A stretch of 64,000 nucleotides of DNA from Deltaproteobacteria bacterium (GTDB lineage: Bacteria; Myxococcota_A; Polyangia; JAAYKL01): positions 9,039-73,038 of the forward strand of contig JAUVDV010000007.1 in assembly GCA_030595125.1 (NCBI GenBank). The letters are read 5' to 3'. The notes below the pieces were generated by a model. That model was not told the origin of the DNA and did not search any database. It was given only the letters and a program-made list of their open reading frames with translations. Both the position numbers and the translations under genes were made by a program. How positions within the stretch are numbered: the first letter of the stretch is position 1; each line of letters opens with the position of its first letter. Positions 38,990-48,471 of the stretch are shown one piece after another.

Positions 38990-39976
38990 CTATTCGACTC
39001 CGGCCGAGAACTTCATGAACTGCACCCGCTCCCAGGCAGCCGGGTTGTCGGATTCGGCATGGCTCAGCAAACCCCTGAAAGCATCGACAGTCTCGAACTC
39101 GTGCTCCTCCATCCAGGTAAATAGTTGCTGGTTGAGGGTAGTAATGTAGTCGACACCGTTCTTGTACAGGGCGGAGACGACCTGAACGGTGGTCGCCCCT
39201 GCCAGGAGCAGCTTGATAACTGTCGCCGCGTTATGAACCCCTGTGGTAGCGCTCAGATCGCAATCCACCCGACCGTGCAGGAGAGAAATCCACCTCAGTG
39301 GAAGAATGAACTCACCTGGATCGCTCAGGACCGGCCCCTTCTTTAACTCCATGCTATCGATATCGATATCCGTGCTGAAAAAGCGATTAAACAGCGTTAG
39401 AGCTGCAACACCATCTTTGGACAGTTGCCGAGCGGTATTCGCCAGCCCCGAGAAATAGCTGCCCAGCTTGAGGGCCACCGGGATGTCGACGCGATCCCGA
39501 ACGGCCTTCGCGAGATCGCCGTAGAGTTGCTCAATTTGCCCTGCGGTTCGATCTGGATCGGAAGGAAGAACAAATGCGTTGAGCTCCAGGGCGTGGGCTC
39601 CCGCCGATTCGAGCCGCTTCGCGAAATCCGGCCACGCAGCGGCGGAAACACAGTGCACACTGGCGATGACAGGGATTTCCACCTTCTTGCGCGTTTCATC
39701 CACCAGCTTGAGGTATCTGGAAACCTCGTTCTCCCGAGTGTAAGCCCGTGTGTACTGAAGCGCCTCGGGATGCCACAGGCTCTCTTCCGCCGCAGATATC
39801 TCCGATTCAGTTTCGTGGGCTATCACCTCCTCGAAAATCGATTTGAGCACGACAGCACCGGCACCCGCCTGGGCGCACTTTTCCACGCCTTCGATATTCC
39901 TTGTGAGCCCGCAACTACCCACAATAAGAGGACTGTCGAGCTCCATGCCCATGTAAGTGGTTTTTAATGTTTTCAT
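38990..39976 (-). CDS. Dihydroorotate dehydrogenase-like (PyrD/PreA-family TIM-barrel flavoprotein)
   Basis: MKTLKTTYMGMELDSPLIVGSCGLT...GAGAVVLKSI...IPVIASV...LELN.S.P......VALKL, the DHODH-like pattern. The start is tentative. Confidence 0.58.
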   Translation of the reverse strand: MKTLKTTYMGMELDSPLIVGSCGLTRNIEGVEKCAQAGAGAVVLKSIFEEVIAHETESEISAAEESLWHPEALQYTRAYTRENEVSRYLKLVDETRKKVEIPVIASVHCVSAAAWPDFAKRLESAGAHALELNAFVLPSDPDRTAGQIEQLYGDLAKAVRDRVDIPVALKLGSYFSGLANTARQLSKDGVAALTLFNRFFSTDIDIDSMELKKGPVLSDPGEFILPLRWISLLHGRVDCDLSATTGVHNAATVIKLLLAGATTVQVVSALYKNGVDYITTLNQQLFTWMEEHEFETVDAFRGLLSHAESDNPAAWERVQFMKFSAGVE

Positions 39977-40107
39977 GAAGGAAAGATAACCCCAGCGCCG
40001 CTCAAAGGAAACCCTGAATGGGGTCAGGCCTGGAATGGGGTGGAAGGTTTCATGGCGATTCGGGTACGATGTTGCACTTCTCAATGACTCCCACTCCTGC
40101 AACCAGG

Positions 40108-40192
40108 GTTCAAGCCCGTCTCGACTGTCAATTACGGAGCGGGCGACGTGAACAAGATGCCCCTGCCGCCGGGTTACGGAAAGAACCGTTGA
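40108..40192 (+). repeat. Direct repeat copy 2 (duplicate of the sulfatase 3' end), at the left boundary of the low-GC island
   Basis: Identical 60-mer plus the imperfect tail gg-aaagaaccgttgaca. Confidence 0.9.
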
Positions 40193-40223
40193 CAAGTATA
40201 GCTTTAACCCTTTTGTTATTCGT

Positions 40224-41186
40224 TTACGCCCCCCCAGCAATACTGTTTAGGATAATGTCCCTTATAAAAATGTCCTTTCCAGTAATTACATCCACAACTG
40301 GCAAGTGCCTTATTAATTCTATGCGATTCCTTCCCCCTATATGCGACAAAGAACCATCCTTATTGCGCGATTCTCTAATATGACCCTCAATATATCCTGA
40401 CTTTGCTGTTAATACTTTAAATTTATTAGATAAATCCTTTCTTACGAAAAAAGCATTACTTCCCGCACTATTTGATCCTACAAAATCATATCCCTTTTTC
40501 TCTGCCAGATAACATAGTGCCGGCAATGAGGCGCCATAATACAGATTAGAATAATGGGCTTTTGTGCGTACAAAGCACGGATCATACGGAATAGTTACAG
40601 CTTTCACATTACCAAATACATTGTTATATTCACAGATAATGATTATGGGTTGCACAACATCAATGGCATCCCAGACCCAGTAGTCATTTCCATCTATATC
40701 AATACTCAACAATCCTATATCACCTTTAAAGCCGCTCATCTCAATAATATTGTTTATATTTTCTCTTGTAATGAAATGACTCTCCGCTGTTAACTCATAT
40801 TTCCAATATATATTATTTTTCTTGACGCGCTCAATATTTTTCTCCGAGCCATCAAATATCAAACCCTTCCAGTTATTATTCATCAATAAGAAACGTGTAT
40901 TTGCCTCCCTATAATCTTCAACACCAAACTCAATGAATGTCTTCTTTTTTTCTATTGAGATTTGATTAATTAAATATTGTATAATTCCATCTTCTCCCCA
41001 TTGGGAAAAAACCTTAAATTCTACCTCACTAAGCGAATTTATTGAACCTAATTGTTTTATCCTGCCAATATGGAGGCCTGCAGTAAGGAATAAGTTGGCT
41101 TCCAAATCACCTCGAAGTTCTCTATTAATAAAAGTTCGATATTTGGATGACAATTTTGAAAGTAATTTACTAATATCGCTAATCAT
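40224..41186 (-). CDS. Hypothetical protein of the low-GC glycan cassette. Possible sugar-modifying enzyme.
   Basis: 320 aa, GC about 35%. Motif FSQWGEDGII. I cannot place the family from memory. Confidence 0.45.
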   Translation of the reverse strand: MISDISKLLSKLSSKYRTFINRELRGDLEANLFLTAGLHIGRIKQLGSINSLSEVEFKVFSQWGEDGIIQYLINQISIEKKKTFIEFGVEDYREANTRFLLMNNNWKGLIFDGSEKNIERVKKNNIYWKYELTAESHFITRENINNIIEMSGFKGDIGLLSIDIDGNDYWVWDAIDVVQPIIIICEYNNVFGNVKAVTIPYDPCFVRTKAHYSNLYYGASLPALCYLAEKKGYDFVGSNSAGSNAFFVRKDLSNKFKVLTAKSGYIEGHIRESRNKDGSLSHIGGRNRIELIRHLPVVDVITGKDIFIRDIILNSIAGGA

Positions 41187-41198
41187 TTTACATCCTAA

Positions 41199-42464
41199 CT
41201 ATAAGATCGGCATCGCATTTATTATATCTTGATCTTCTTCTGACAATTCTACTCCCAATATTTTTCGATAATATGCTCGGAAATGGCGGCAAGTACGCTC
41301 CCATGTAAACCCATTTACATTTAGTTTTCCCTTTATAGACAGTTTTTCTCTTAATTTATCGTCTAACCATAATGTTTTAATGGCATTGGCAATACTTTGC
41401 TTGTCATAAGGGTCAAAGACCAGCGCTGCATTGTCTGCTTGTGCTGGAAGTGAAGTAACATTAGAACAAGCAACTGGCGCACCTGCATAAAAGGCCTCCC
41501 ATAGAGGAAAACTTGCTGCTTCAAATTTTGTCGGTATAATTACACAGCGGCATAATCTATAAAGTGCCTGTAACTCCCGTGGGGACACAAACCCTAAAAA
41601 TTTAACCTGATCATCCATTCTATATTTTTTGATAGCTTCCTGTATTCTAAGGTAAAATACATTTTTATGTCCAGAAAAAACAAGAGGTATTTTAATATCT
41701 AGTTCATCTCGCAAAGATGCCACTGCTTCAATTAAAGTAATGTGATTTTTATGCTCCCATGTTTGTGCAGGATAAAAAACAAAATCAGTCTGAAGTGCAT
41801 ACTTCTTTTTGGTGTCACATAAATCATCTTCTGTTGGCATTGGATACCCTACAGTGGGTGGCGCCAAAGGAATTACTTGTACCTTTTGATTTTGTAAGCC
41901 ATACTGAATTATTAAATCTTTTTTTGTCCATGTAGATACCACAGCAACTATTTTTGCTTGTTCACAAAATTTTCTGTATTGCACCTCTCGATTCAAATAC
42001 TGCCACTTGCTGAAAAATTCAGGCAAATGAATATGCTGAAGATCATGTGGATGATAGATGCTTGGCACATCTGTTAAAAATGCACCCTGTGATACAAAAT
42101 GAATTAAATTGATACCATGTTTTTCGATTAGACCGTCGGAACAGGCTATCTTAATCGCCCTGCTACCAATGATTGTGTATTGTGCAGACTTGATGAAACG
42201 CCATATTTTATTTGTAATTGGATATCGCTTGCTTATTCTGGTTTTCCAATGCGGAACAGAAGGGTTACTACGGCAAGTTATTATTTCACATGACCCATGA
42301 GTATAATTCTCCAACCAATTTTGAGACTCTGGATAAGTAAGAAAATAATATTTCTCATCGCCATCTACTAATTTTGAGAAACCTTGAGCCAGGCCAATAA
42401 CAACCTGCTCAACACCGCCGGATTTACCGGGTTCAACTCGAGCGTCTATGCAGATTTTTGGCAC
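41199..42464 (-). CDS. Glycosyltransferase family 4 (GT-B, RfaB-like)
   Basis: C-terminal GT4 signature PTKFEAASFPLWEAFYAGAPVACSNVTSLP. 421 aa. Confidence 0.78.
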   Translation of the reverse strand: MPKICIDARVEPGKSGGVEQVVIGLAQGFSKLVDGDEKYYFLTYPESQNWLENYTHGSCEIITCRSNPSVPHWKTRISKRYPITNKIWRFIKSAQYTIIGSRAIKIACSDGLIEKHGINLIHFVSQGAFLTDVPSIYHPHDLQHIHLPEFFSKWQYLNREVQYRKFCEQAKIVAVVSTWTKKDLIIQYGLQNQKVQVIPLAPPTVGYPMPTEDDLCDTKKKYALQTDFVFYPAQTWEHKNHITLIEAVASLRDELDIKIPLVFSGHKNVFYLRIQEAIKKYRMDDQVKFLGFVSPRELQALYRLCRCVIIPTKFEAASFPLWEAFYAGAPVACSNVTSLPAQADNAALVFDPYDKQSIANAIKTLWLDDKLREKLSIKGKLNVNGFTWERTCRHFRAYYRKILGVELSEEDQDIINAMPIL

Positions 42465-42922
42465 AGTCTAAACGTACCTATAAGCTCTTCATCGTTCAGC
42501 TGTTCAAAACTATAGCCAAAACTTTTATACATTTTTAAAGCTACTTCGTTGTCTTTGTATACCTTCAGTCTGACAATTTGAGCTTTTTTATTGCGGGCTA
42601 CATCATGAAGATATTGTATTAGCAATTTTCCTGCCCCCTTACCTCTTTTTTGGGGTGATATTGCAATCCCAAGGAATGGCACTTCATATCCCTCATCCCA
42701 ACCTCTTAATATGCCATAACCAATAATTTTGTTTTCATGCGTCATTACGCAATATATATCTTTACCTTTATAATTGACTACATTAAAGGCTTCTTTTTTA
42801 GTCAGAGGATGTGGATGAAAAAATTTATCATCACCAGAAGCTCTTAACTCCAAAAAATAATTGAATAATGCATCGCCCCATGAGGGTGACAAGTGTCTAA
42901 TTTCCAAAGAAGATGAGCACAT
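42446..42922 (-). CDS. GNAT-family N-acetyltransferase (WecD-like)
   Basis: 158 aa. Acetyl-CoA-binding motif-like ISPQKRGKGAGKLLI. Overlaps its neighbours. Confidence 0.7.
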   Translation of the reverse strand: MCSSSLEIRHLSPSWGDALFNYFLELRASGDDKFFHPHPLTKKEAFNVVNYKGKDIYCVMTHENKIIGYGILRGWDEGYEVPFLGIAISPQKRGKGAGKLLIQYLHDVARNKKAQIVRLKVYKDNEVALKMYKSFGYSFEQLNDEELIGTFRLCQKSA

Positions 42923-44046
42923 TAATGGTTGTCACTATAGTTTCTAATTATCTGTGATATTTCTGAAATATTATCATCCCTTAAATCAGCGTATGTAGGC
43001 AAATTCATTCCTGAAAAACTTAATTTACACGTAACTGGTAGTACCTCATTTCTACACTTAGACTCTTCCCGAAACGGTGGCAAAGTATGCAACGGAACAA
43101 AAAAAGGTCGAGTATCAACTCCTTTCTCTGCAAGAAATTCCATTAACTCATCTCGGGAACGTCCATAACTTTCTTGATCAACGGTGATACAAAACAACCA
43201 CGGCGCAGGATCTGCCCATTCTGCAAAGGGCTGAAATCCGATTCCGGGAATATCCCGAAGTAATTCACGGTAGGTCTTAAATATCTCCATTCTTCGTGCA
43301 ATTATTTCTTCAGAACGTTCCAACTGAGCACAAAGGATTGCGCAGGCAATATTTGTTAGGCGAAAATTGTATCCCGTGACGGGGAAATAATATTGTCTTA
43401 TGGGATCCATGCCTTGTCCACGCAAGGTTCTGGCTCGAACCGCCAATTGTTTATCGTGAAGAGCAATTGCTCCGCCTTCGCCACAAGTGAGGATCTTGTT
43501 GCCATAGAATGAAAAAGTTCCAATCTGTCCCAATCCCCCTACAGGTATGCCCTTATATTTTGCAAAATGTGCCTCAGCAGCATCTTCTACAACCCATAGG
43601 CCATGAACAGCTGCAATGTGATTAATTGCATCCATATCTGCAGGATGACCATACAAGTGGACGGCTATAATCCCCTTGGTACGACGGGTTATGTTTTCCT
43701 CTAAAAGATTCGGATCAATACACCAGGTATCTGGATCAATATCCACAAAAACAGGCTCAGCGCCTACATAGCGCACCGCATTTGCGGTGGCAATATAAGT
43801 TAACGAAGGAATAAGAACCTCATCTCCAGGCCGGACATCTAAAGCAAGCAACGCAAGATGCAAAGCAACAGTTCCGTTACATACACTCAGCACATGATCT
43901 GTATCGCACTTGTTTGCAAACTCTTCTTCAAATTGATCTATGTATGCCCCAGTAGATGAAATCCAAGTGCTTTCGATAGCATCGGATACATATTTATTTT
44001 CATTTCCTGACAAGTCAGGAATTGCTACTGGTATTTTAGTCACCAA
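42922..44046 (-). CDS. DegT/DnrJ/EryC1/StrS-family PLP-dependent sugar aminotransferase (WecE-like)
   Basis: LSVCNGTVALHLAL...GDEVLIPSLTY.AT.NA...GA.PVFVDID...FSFYGNKILTCGEGGA. Confidence 0.85.
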   Translation of the reverse strand: MVTKIPVAIPDLSGNENKYVSDAIESTWISSTGAYIDQFEEEFANKCDTDHVLSVCNGTVALHLALLALDVRPGDEVLIPSLTYIATANAVRYVGAEPVFVDIDPDTWCIDPNLLEENITRRTKGIIAVHLYGHPADMDAINHIAAVHGLWVVEDAAEAHFAKYKGIPVGGLGQIGTFSFYGNKILTCGEGGAIALHDKQLAVRARTLRGQGMDPIRQYYFPVTGYNFRLTNIACAILCAQLERSEEIIARRMEIFKTYRELLRDIPGIGFQPFAEWADPAPWLFCITVDQESYGRSRDELMEFLAEKGVDTRPFFVPLHTLPPFREESKCRNEVLPVTCKLSFSGMNLPTYADLRDDNISEISQIIRNYSDNH

Positions 44047-44960
44047 AATAATTTCCTCAACCTTCTGAATTGAGTTTTAAAGCTGTTTGTTTTTGAACGC
44101 TTCTTTTTATAAAAACTAATTATCATTTCCCTTGCATGAGTATTCTCTACAATATCAATTGTAACTAGGTTCACTTGATGATCAAGAGATAGTACCATAT
44201 CATAGTAACTATTTTTAACACAATGAGTTCCACTTCCGTCGTGGCCAATATTTCTCACCAAGCTTTTCCCAGGCATTAAGTGTAGCTTTTTATTTATAAA
44301 GTTAGATGCATACCATCTTATTGCCCAGGAATCAATTTTCCCATCAATTTGATTAAGTAACATACTATAAAAAGAGAAAGTTCCATCAAGATCAAACTGT
44401 TTCTTTTTTTTACTGCGATTTATTTCAAATAATAGCCGGTTGGCATCTTTTTCAAAAGAATTCCATGTTTTTTCCCAAGTAGCCCACCCCCAGCTACTCC
44501 CCTTTTCTAAAAAAAAGTTTTCAGGCAAACCAACTATCGGTTCAATAAAACCACTTATTGATGCGATATTATCATTATTAGCATATTTGTTCAGAGCATC
44601 ATTCATAAATCTCAAGAAATATGGACTGGTTACCAGATCATCCTCAAGGACAATGACTCTCCCATATTTGTTAACTACCTTGCTAACGCCATCAATAATA
44701 GAATCTGCCAGCCCCAGATTTTTTTCTCCAATTCGGATGGTCACTGTTTTAAATCCATCAATAGTGTGAATATACTTCCTCACCTTTTGAACAGCTTCTT
44801 CACTTTGCTCGTCTTTGGGGGCATCTGAATAGATGAAAAGGTCACTTCGATCGGACAGCTCATTCTTCTGCAAAGTTTCAACAGTTTGTTGCGTATGCCA
44901 GGGGCGGTTGTATACAAAGAGAACTATTGGGGCTAATTCCATCTTGTACTCTTTCATCAT
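44040..44960 (-). CDS. GT-A fold glycosyltransferase (family 2-like) with a DxD motif
   Basis: PIVLFVYNRPWHTQQTVETL, then VIVLEDDLV (DxD). Low GC, no SD (consistent with a Bacteroidota-like donor). Confidence 0.6.
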   Translation of the reverse strand: MMKEYKMELAPIVLFVYNRPWHTQQTVETLQKNELSDRSDLFIYSDAPKDEQSEEAVQKVRKYIHTIDGFKTVTIRIGEKNLGLADSIIDGVSKVVNKYGRVIVLEDDLVTSPYFLRFMNDALNKYANNDNIASISGFIEPIVGLPENFFLEKGSSWGWATWEKTWNSFEKDANRLLFEINRSKKKKQFDLDGTFSFYSMLLNQIDGKIDSWAIRWYASNFINKKLHLMPGKSLVRNIGHDGSGTHCVKNSYYDMVLSLDHQVNLVTIDIVENTHAREMIISFYKKKRSKTNSFKTQFRRLRKLFW

Positions 44961-45435
44961 AGCAAATATCGGAAAAACCACTAAATGCTTGGGTATAGCT
45001 TGTTAGATGCCTCAGATACCTGTCTGTTTGGTGGTGTTTAGGCAGTTAAAATCCAGAAACAACACCGCTGTTTTTAGCGGATGCGGCGGAATAAACGTAT
45101 TTGATGAACTATTTTGCACATCGCCCTCTATTTAAAACTCAATAATTTAGAACTCAAAAATCTTTCAAAATACACAATAGTCTTTACAAGCCCATCTTTC
45201 AGCTTGATCTCCGGCTAACAATCCGGCTCCTCCTTTGCCACGATGATATAATGGGAGTCTTTTTCACGATAATACCTCTTTAATATCCATTCTTCGGAAG
45301 CACGTAGCCCGTATTAAGATATGTCATTATTGACAAACTACTGTCTAAAACAGCTTTTCAGCTGAGAAATGTTAAAATTGACACCTTCGATTAATGGCAA
45401 AATGCCATCGCTAAACACCAAAGGAGGGCACAGCG

Positions 45436-45981
45436 ATGGTACCACGAACAGCGAGAATCTTCAGTCAACTTCTAAAAATATTCCCGCAGACCGAGTTCGC
45501 GAAAATCGTAAGGAAACACGGGGCCGAGAGCCACTCCAAGGGTTTCACGAGCTGGTCCCAGTTTGTCTCGATGCTGTTTTGCCAACTCGCGGGGGCGGAG
45601 TCGCTGCGCGAGATCTGCACCGGGTTGGGTTGTTGCCTCGGAAAACGGCGACACCTGGGCGTGAACACGCCTCCCAACAAGTCAACGTTATCGTACGCCA
45701 ACGCCCACAGGCCCGCCGCGATGTTCGAGGAGCTGTTCGTGAACACAATCGCACGTTTCAGATCTCTGGGCGAGTTGGGTCCCGGGAAGTACAAGTTCCG
45801 GTTCAAGAACAAGCTGTACAGCATGGACGCCACGGTCATCTCGCTGTGCCTGTCAATGTTCCCTTGGGCCAGGTACCGCACCGCCAAGGGCGGCGTGAAG
45901 GCTCACGTTCTCATCAGCCACAGCGATTACATGAACCCGCCCCTACTCGGGTACGATGTTGCCCCATTCGGGCTCGGATGA
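45436..45981 (+). pseudogene. Truncated IS4-family (DUF4372-type N-terminus) transposase fragment, an IS remnant
   Basis: 181 aa FSQLLKIFPQTEFAKIVRKHGAESHSKGFTSWSQFVSMLFCQLAGAESLREICTGL...TLSYANAHRPAAMFEELF matches the N-terminal region of IS4-family transposases. It lacks the DDE catalytic part and ends inside the neighbouring gene's 3' end. Confidence 0.6.
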
Positions 45982-48324
45982 CGGCGCCTCGCCGTCGTAT
46001 TCCTCGTCGTCTTCAGGCAGCACCCGGATCCCGCTTCGGCTGATGGGTATCCTCGATTCCGGAAGAGGATCTCCCTCGTAGTAGAACCGGAGTTCCTGGT
46101 TCAGCCCCTCCGCAAGCTCCGCCCGGTCGATTCTCCCGCGATCGAACATGGTTTTCATCACCCGGTGCAGGGAGTTCATCTTGCGCTCGGACACCTGGTT
46201 TCGCACGTAGGTTCCGTGGCGGGTTATCGGGCTGGGCAGAAGCTTGATCAGGAAGACCGACTCCACGAGGTTGAGCTCGTATGGCTCCCGTCCGAAGTAA
46301 TGGTTTGCCGCCTCCTTGATTCCGTACAGAGACGGGCCGAATTCGATGACGTTGAAATACAACTCCAGGATCTCGTCTTTTGTGAACTGGGACTCCAGGT
46401 ACCAGGTGAAGAAGAGCTCCTGCAGCTTTCTGGCCACGGTCCGCTCCCGGTTCATGAAGAGGTTCTTGGCCAGCTGCATGGTGATGGTGCTGGCCCCGTG
46501 GCTCAGGCTGTCCTTCTTGAGGTTGAGCTCGATGGCTCTTCTTATCTCCGGGATGGTCACGCCCCGATGATGCCGAAACTTCCCATCTTCGGTGGTGAGC
46601 GCCGCCTCCACGAGGTACGGCGAGATCGCGGAGTACGGCGTCCATCTGTCCGTCCCCTGACCGCTGATCAGTCGCATGGGTTCTGCGTCGGCGTCATAGA
46701 CGGTGTAAGAGAACGGTCTTCGGAAATCCTGCGGGTTCGGTATAGTGCCGAAGTCTGTGATCTGGCATCGGTTGTCCAGGTTCACCTCCAGCGCCGTTTT
46801 TTTAGGTGCGTCCTCGTCGATGCCCAGTCGCATGTCCAGGGCGAACAACCCCTTCAGCTGTGTCCCTTCCAGGCGAGGCTTCAGCTGCGAGGGCACCGCC
46901 GCGAGGATCTGGCGACAGGCCGTGGGAGGGACGTTACCGGAGATATCAAAGGCGAAACGATCAAACATCACGTTGCCTCGCAGGGTGATCCTGGCAAGCC
47001 CTCGCACCACCATCAACCGCTCCAGGTTGAGCTGCTCCTTGCCCTTCTCGTAGCTCGCCTTGAAATCCAGATGGGCGTCGATATCCTCGATGGGCTCCGC
47101 CGCCAGCTTCGGATGACTCACCTCAACCCCCGAGATCGAAGCCTGGCCTTCGAACGCCAACTTCTCCCCGTTGTCCTGCAACTCCACAACTACGGTTCCG
47201 TCGACCGATGCATGCCCCCACTTTACGTGTTCGTTGGGCACAAACATCTCACCGACGGTCTTCAGCGGCATGTCCGGTATTTCGAAAGAAGCGCTGGGAT
47301 CCCCTTCTTTGGGCCAACTCGCCCCCAACACCCATCGAGCATCGGTTCCCGGCATCTGTCCGCTCGCCCGGATCATCAACGCCTTTTTTCGTGTCATGGA
47401 AATCTCCCCGGATACGCCGGAGAGCTTTACCTCCAGATCCACGTCGCCCGATTTCGACAGCACGCCGGCCGCATCCAGGACGTCTACCTTCACCGAGATA
47501 CCCTCATCATCATCTGCCGGACCGGCCTCCACCGGCTCGGCGCCCCCATCGGTCGTGCCCGGGCCTCCCTGCGAATCAAGCATGCCGAGCGCGCGTGCGC
47601 TATCCCTGGCGTCATTGACGAGTTTTTCAAGATCATTGAAGGCCACGGGCAGATCGAAGCCCGGTTGATTGAGGGAAAGAGATACATGTTCTCTCTCGCT
47701 TCTTATCTGGACCTCGCAGGATTCCCCGACAACAAGATTTTGCCCGAGATGAACCAGCGTGAAATCATCGGTGTTGACTACAGCTCCTCCCCCGTCCGAC
47801 AGCCGCCCGGACAACCCCTCTACAGTCACCGAGAATCTTCCATCATCCGCGACGAGACGACCCGAGACGATGTGGACCTCGGGGATGGATCGCATCGGAC
47901 CGTCGCCTTTCGCCTCCGCGTCCGTTCTGCTGGCAACCCGTTCGATCACCCCCCTCCATTCTGCGGCCGGTGCTCCGTCGAGGGGTTCACCCATCCTGAT
48001 CTCGAGGCCGTCCACCCGGATGCCGGTGAGATCGAGATCTCCCATCAACAACGACCCTACCCGCACCCCGACTCCGAGGCTCTCGATCAGGGCGAGCGGC
48101 CGTGAACCCTCCGTCGACCGGACCTCTACATTTTCGAAAACCACTGAAGAAAGCGAGATGTCTACATCTTCGAAGGATATTCTAACGCCAAGTCGCTCCT
48201 CGACCCTGGGAATCAAGCCCTCGATGATACGCTCGTCGGCCCCGGATTGAAGAAACAGAAGCGCCAGGAGGCCCAGAACGAGCACCAATATGAAGAGGGC
48301 GAGGAGCCAGCGCTTGATACCCAT
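45943..48324 (-). CDS. Large membrane-anchored protein with a C-terminal monofunctional peptidoglycan transglycosylase (GT51) domain and an about 550-aa N-terminal AsmA-like region
   Basis: N-terminal TM LLALFILVLVLGLLALLFL. C-terminal EDGKFRHHRGVTIPEIRRAIELNLK...GASTITMQLAKNLF...RKLQELFFTWYLE...KDEILELYFNVIEFG (GT51 motifs). Confidence 0.72.
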   Translation of the reverse strand: MGIKRWLLALFILVLVLGLLALLFLQSGADERIIEGLIPRVEERLGVRISFEDVDISLSSVVFENVEVRSTEGSRPLALIESLGVGVRVGSLLMGDLDLTGIRVDGLEIRMGEPLDGAPAAEWRGVIERVASRTDAEAKGDGPMRSIPEVHIVSGRLVADDGRFSVTVEGLSGRLSDGGGAVVNTDDFTLVHLGQNLVVGESCEVQIRSEREHVSLSLNQPGFDLPVAFNDLEKLVNDARDSARALGMLDSQGGPGTTDGGAEPVEAGPADDDEGISVKVDVLDAAGVLSKSGDVDLEVKLSGVSGEISMTRKKALMIRASGQMPGTDARWVLGASWPKEGDPSASFEIPDMPLKTVGEMFVPNEHVKWGHASVDGTVVVELQDNGEKLAFEGQASISGVEVSHPKLAAEPIEDIDAHLDFKASYEKGKEQLNLERLMVVRGLARITLRGNVMFDRFAFDISGNVPPTACRQILAAVPSQLKPRLEGTQLKGLFALDMRLGIDEDAPKKTALEVNLDNRCQITDFGTIPNPQDFRRPFSYTVYDADAEPMRLISGQGTDRWTPYSAISPYLVEAALTTEDGKFRHHRGVTIPEIRRAIELNLKKDSLSHGASTITMQLAKNLFMNRERTVARKLQELFFTWYLESQFTKDEILELYFNVIEFGPSLYGIKEAANHYFGREPYELNLVESVFLIKLLPSPITRHGTYVRNQVSERKMNSLHRVMKTMFDRGRIDRAELAEGLNQELRFYYEGDPLPESRIPISRSGIRVLPEDDEEYDGEAPSSEPEWGNIVPE

Positions 48325-48471
48325 GACCGACGAAGTCTTTCATGAACACTGAATTAATTCAACGTACCCGCATACGAATCATGGGTGATCGGTCAAGCAA
48401 CATGCGCTTGAGGAAACTGCGACCTTTTGCGAAGATGACCGGCGATGGGACGTTTGATCAGGCAAACAGAA

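Noticed and set aside
45369-46043. 224-aa ORF overlapping the transposase fragment
   Set aside because: It sits in an alternative frame of the IS4-family transposase remnant. Its Arg/Pro-rich junk translation gives no support.
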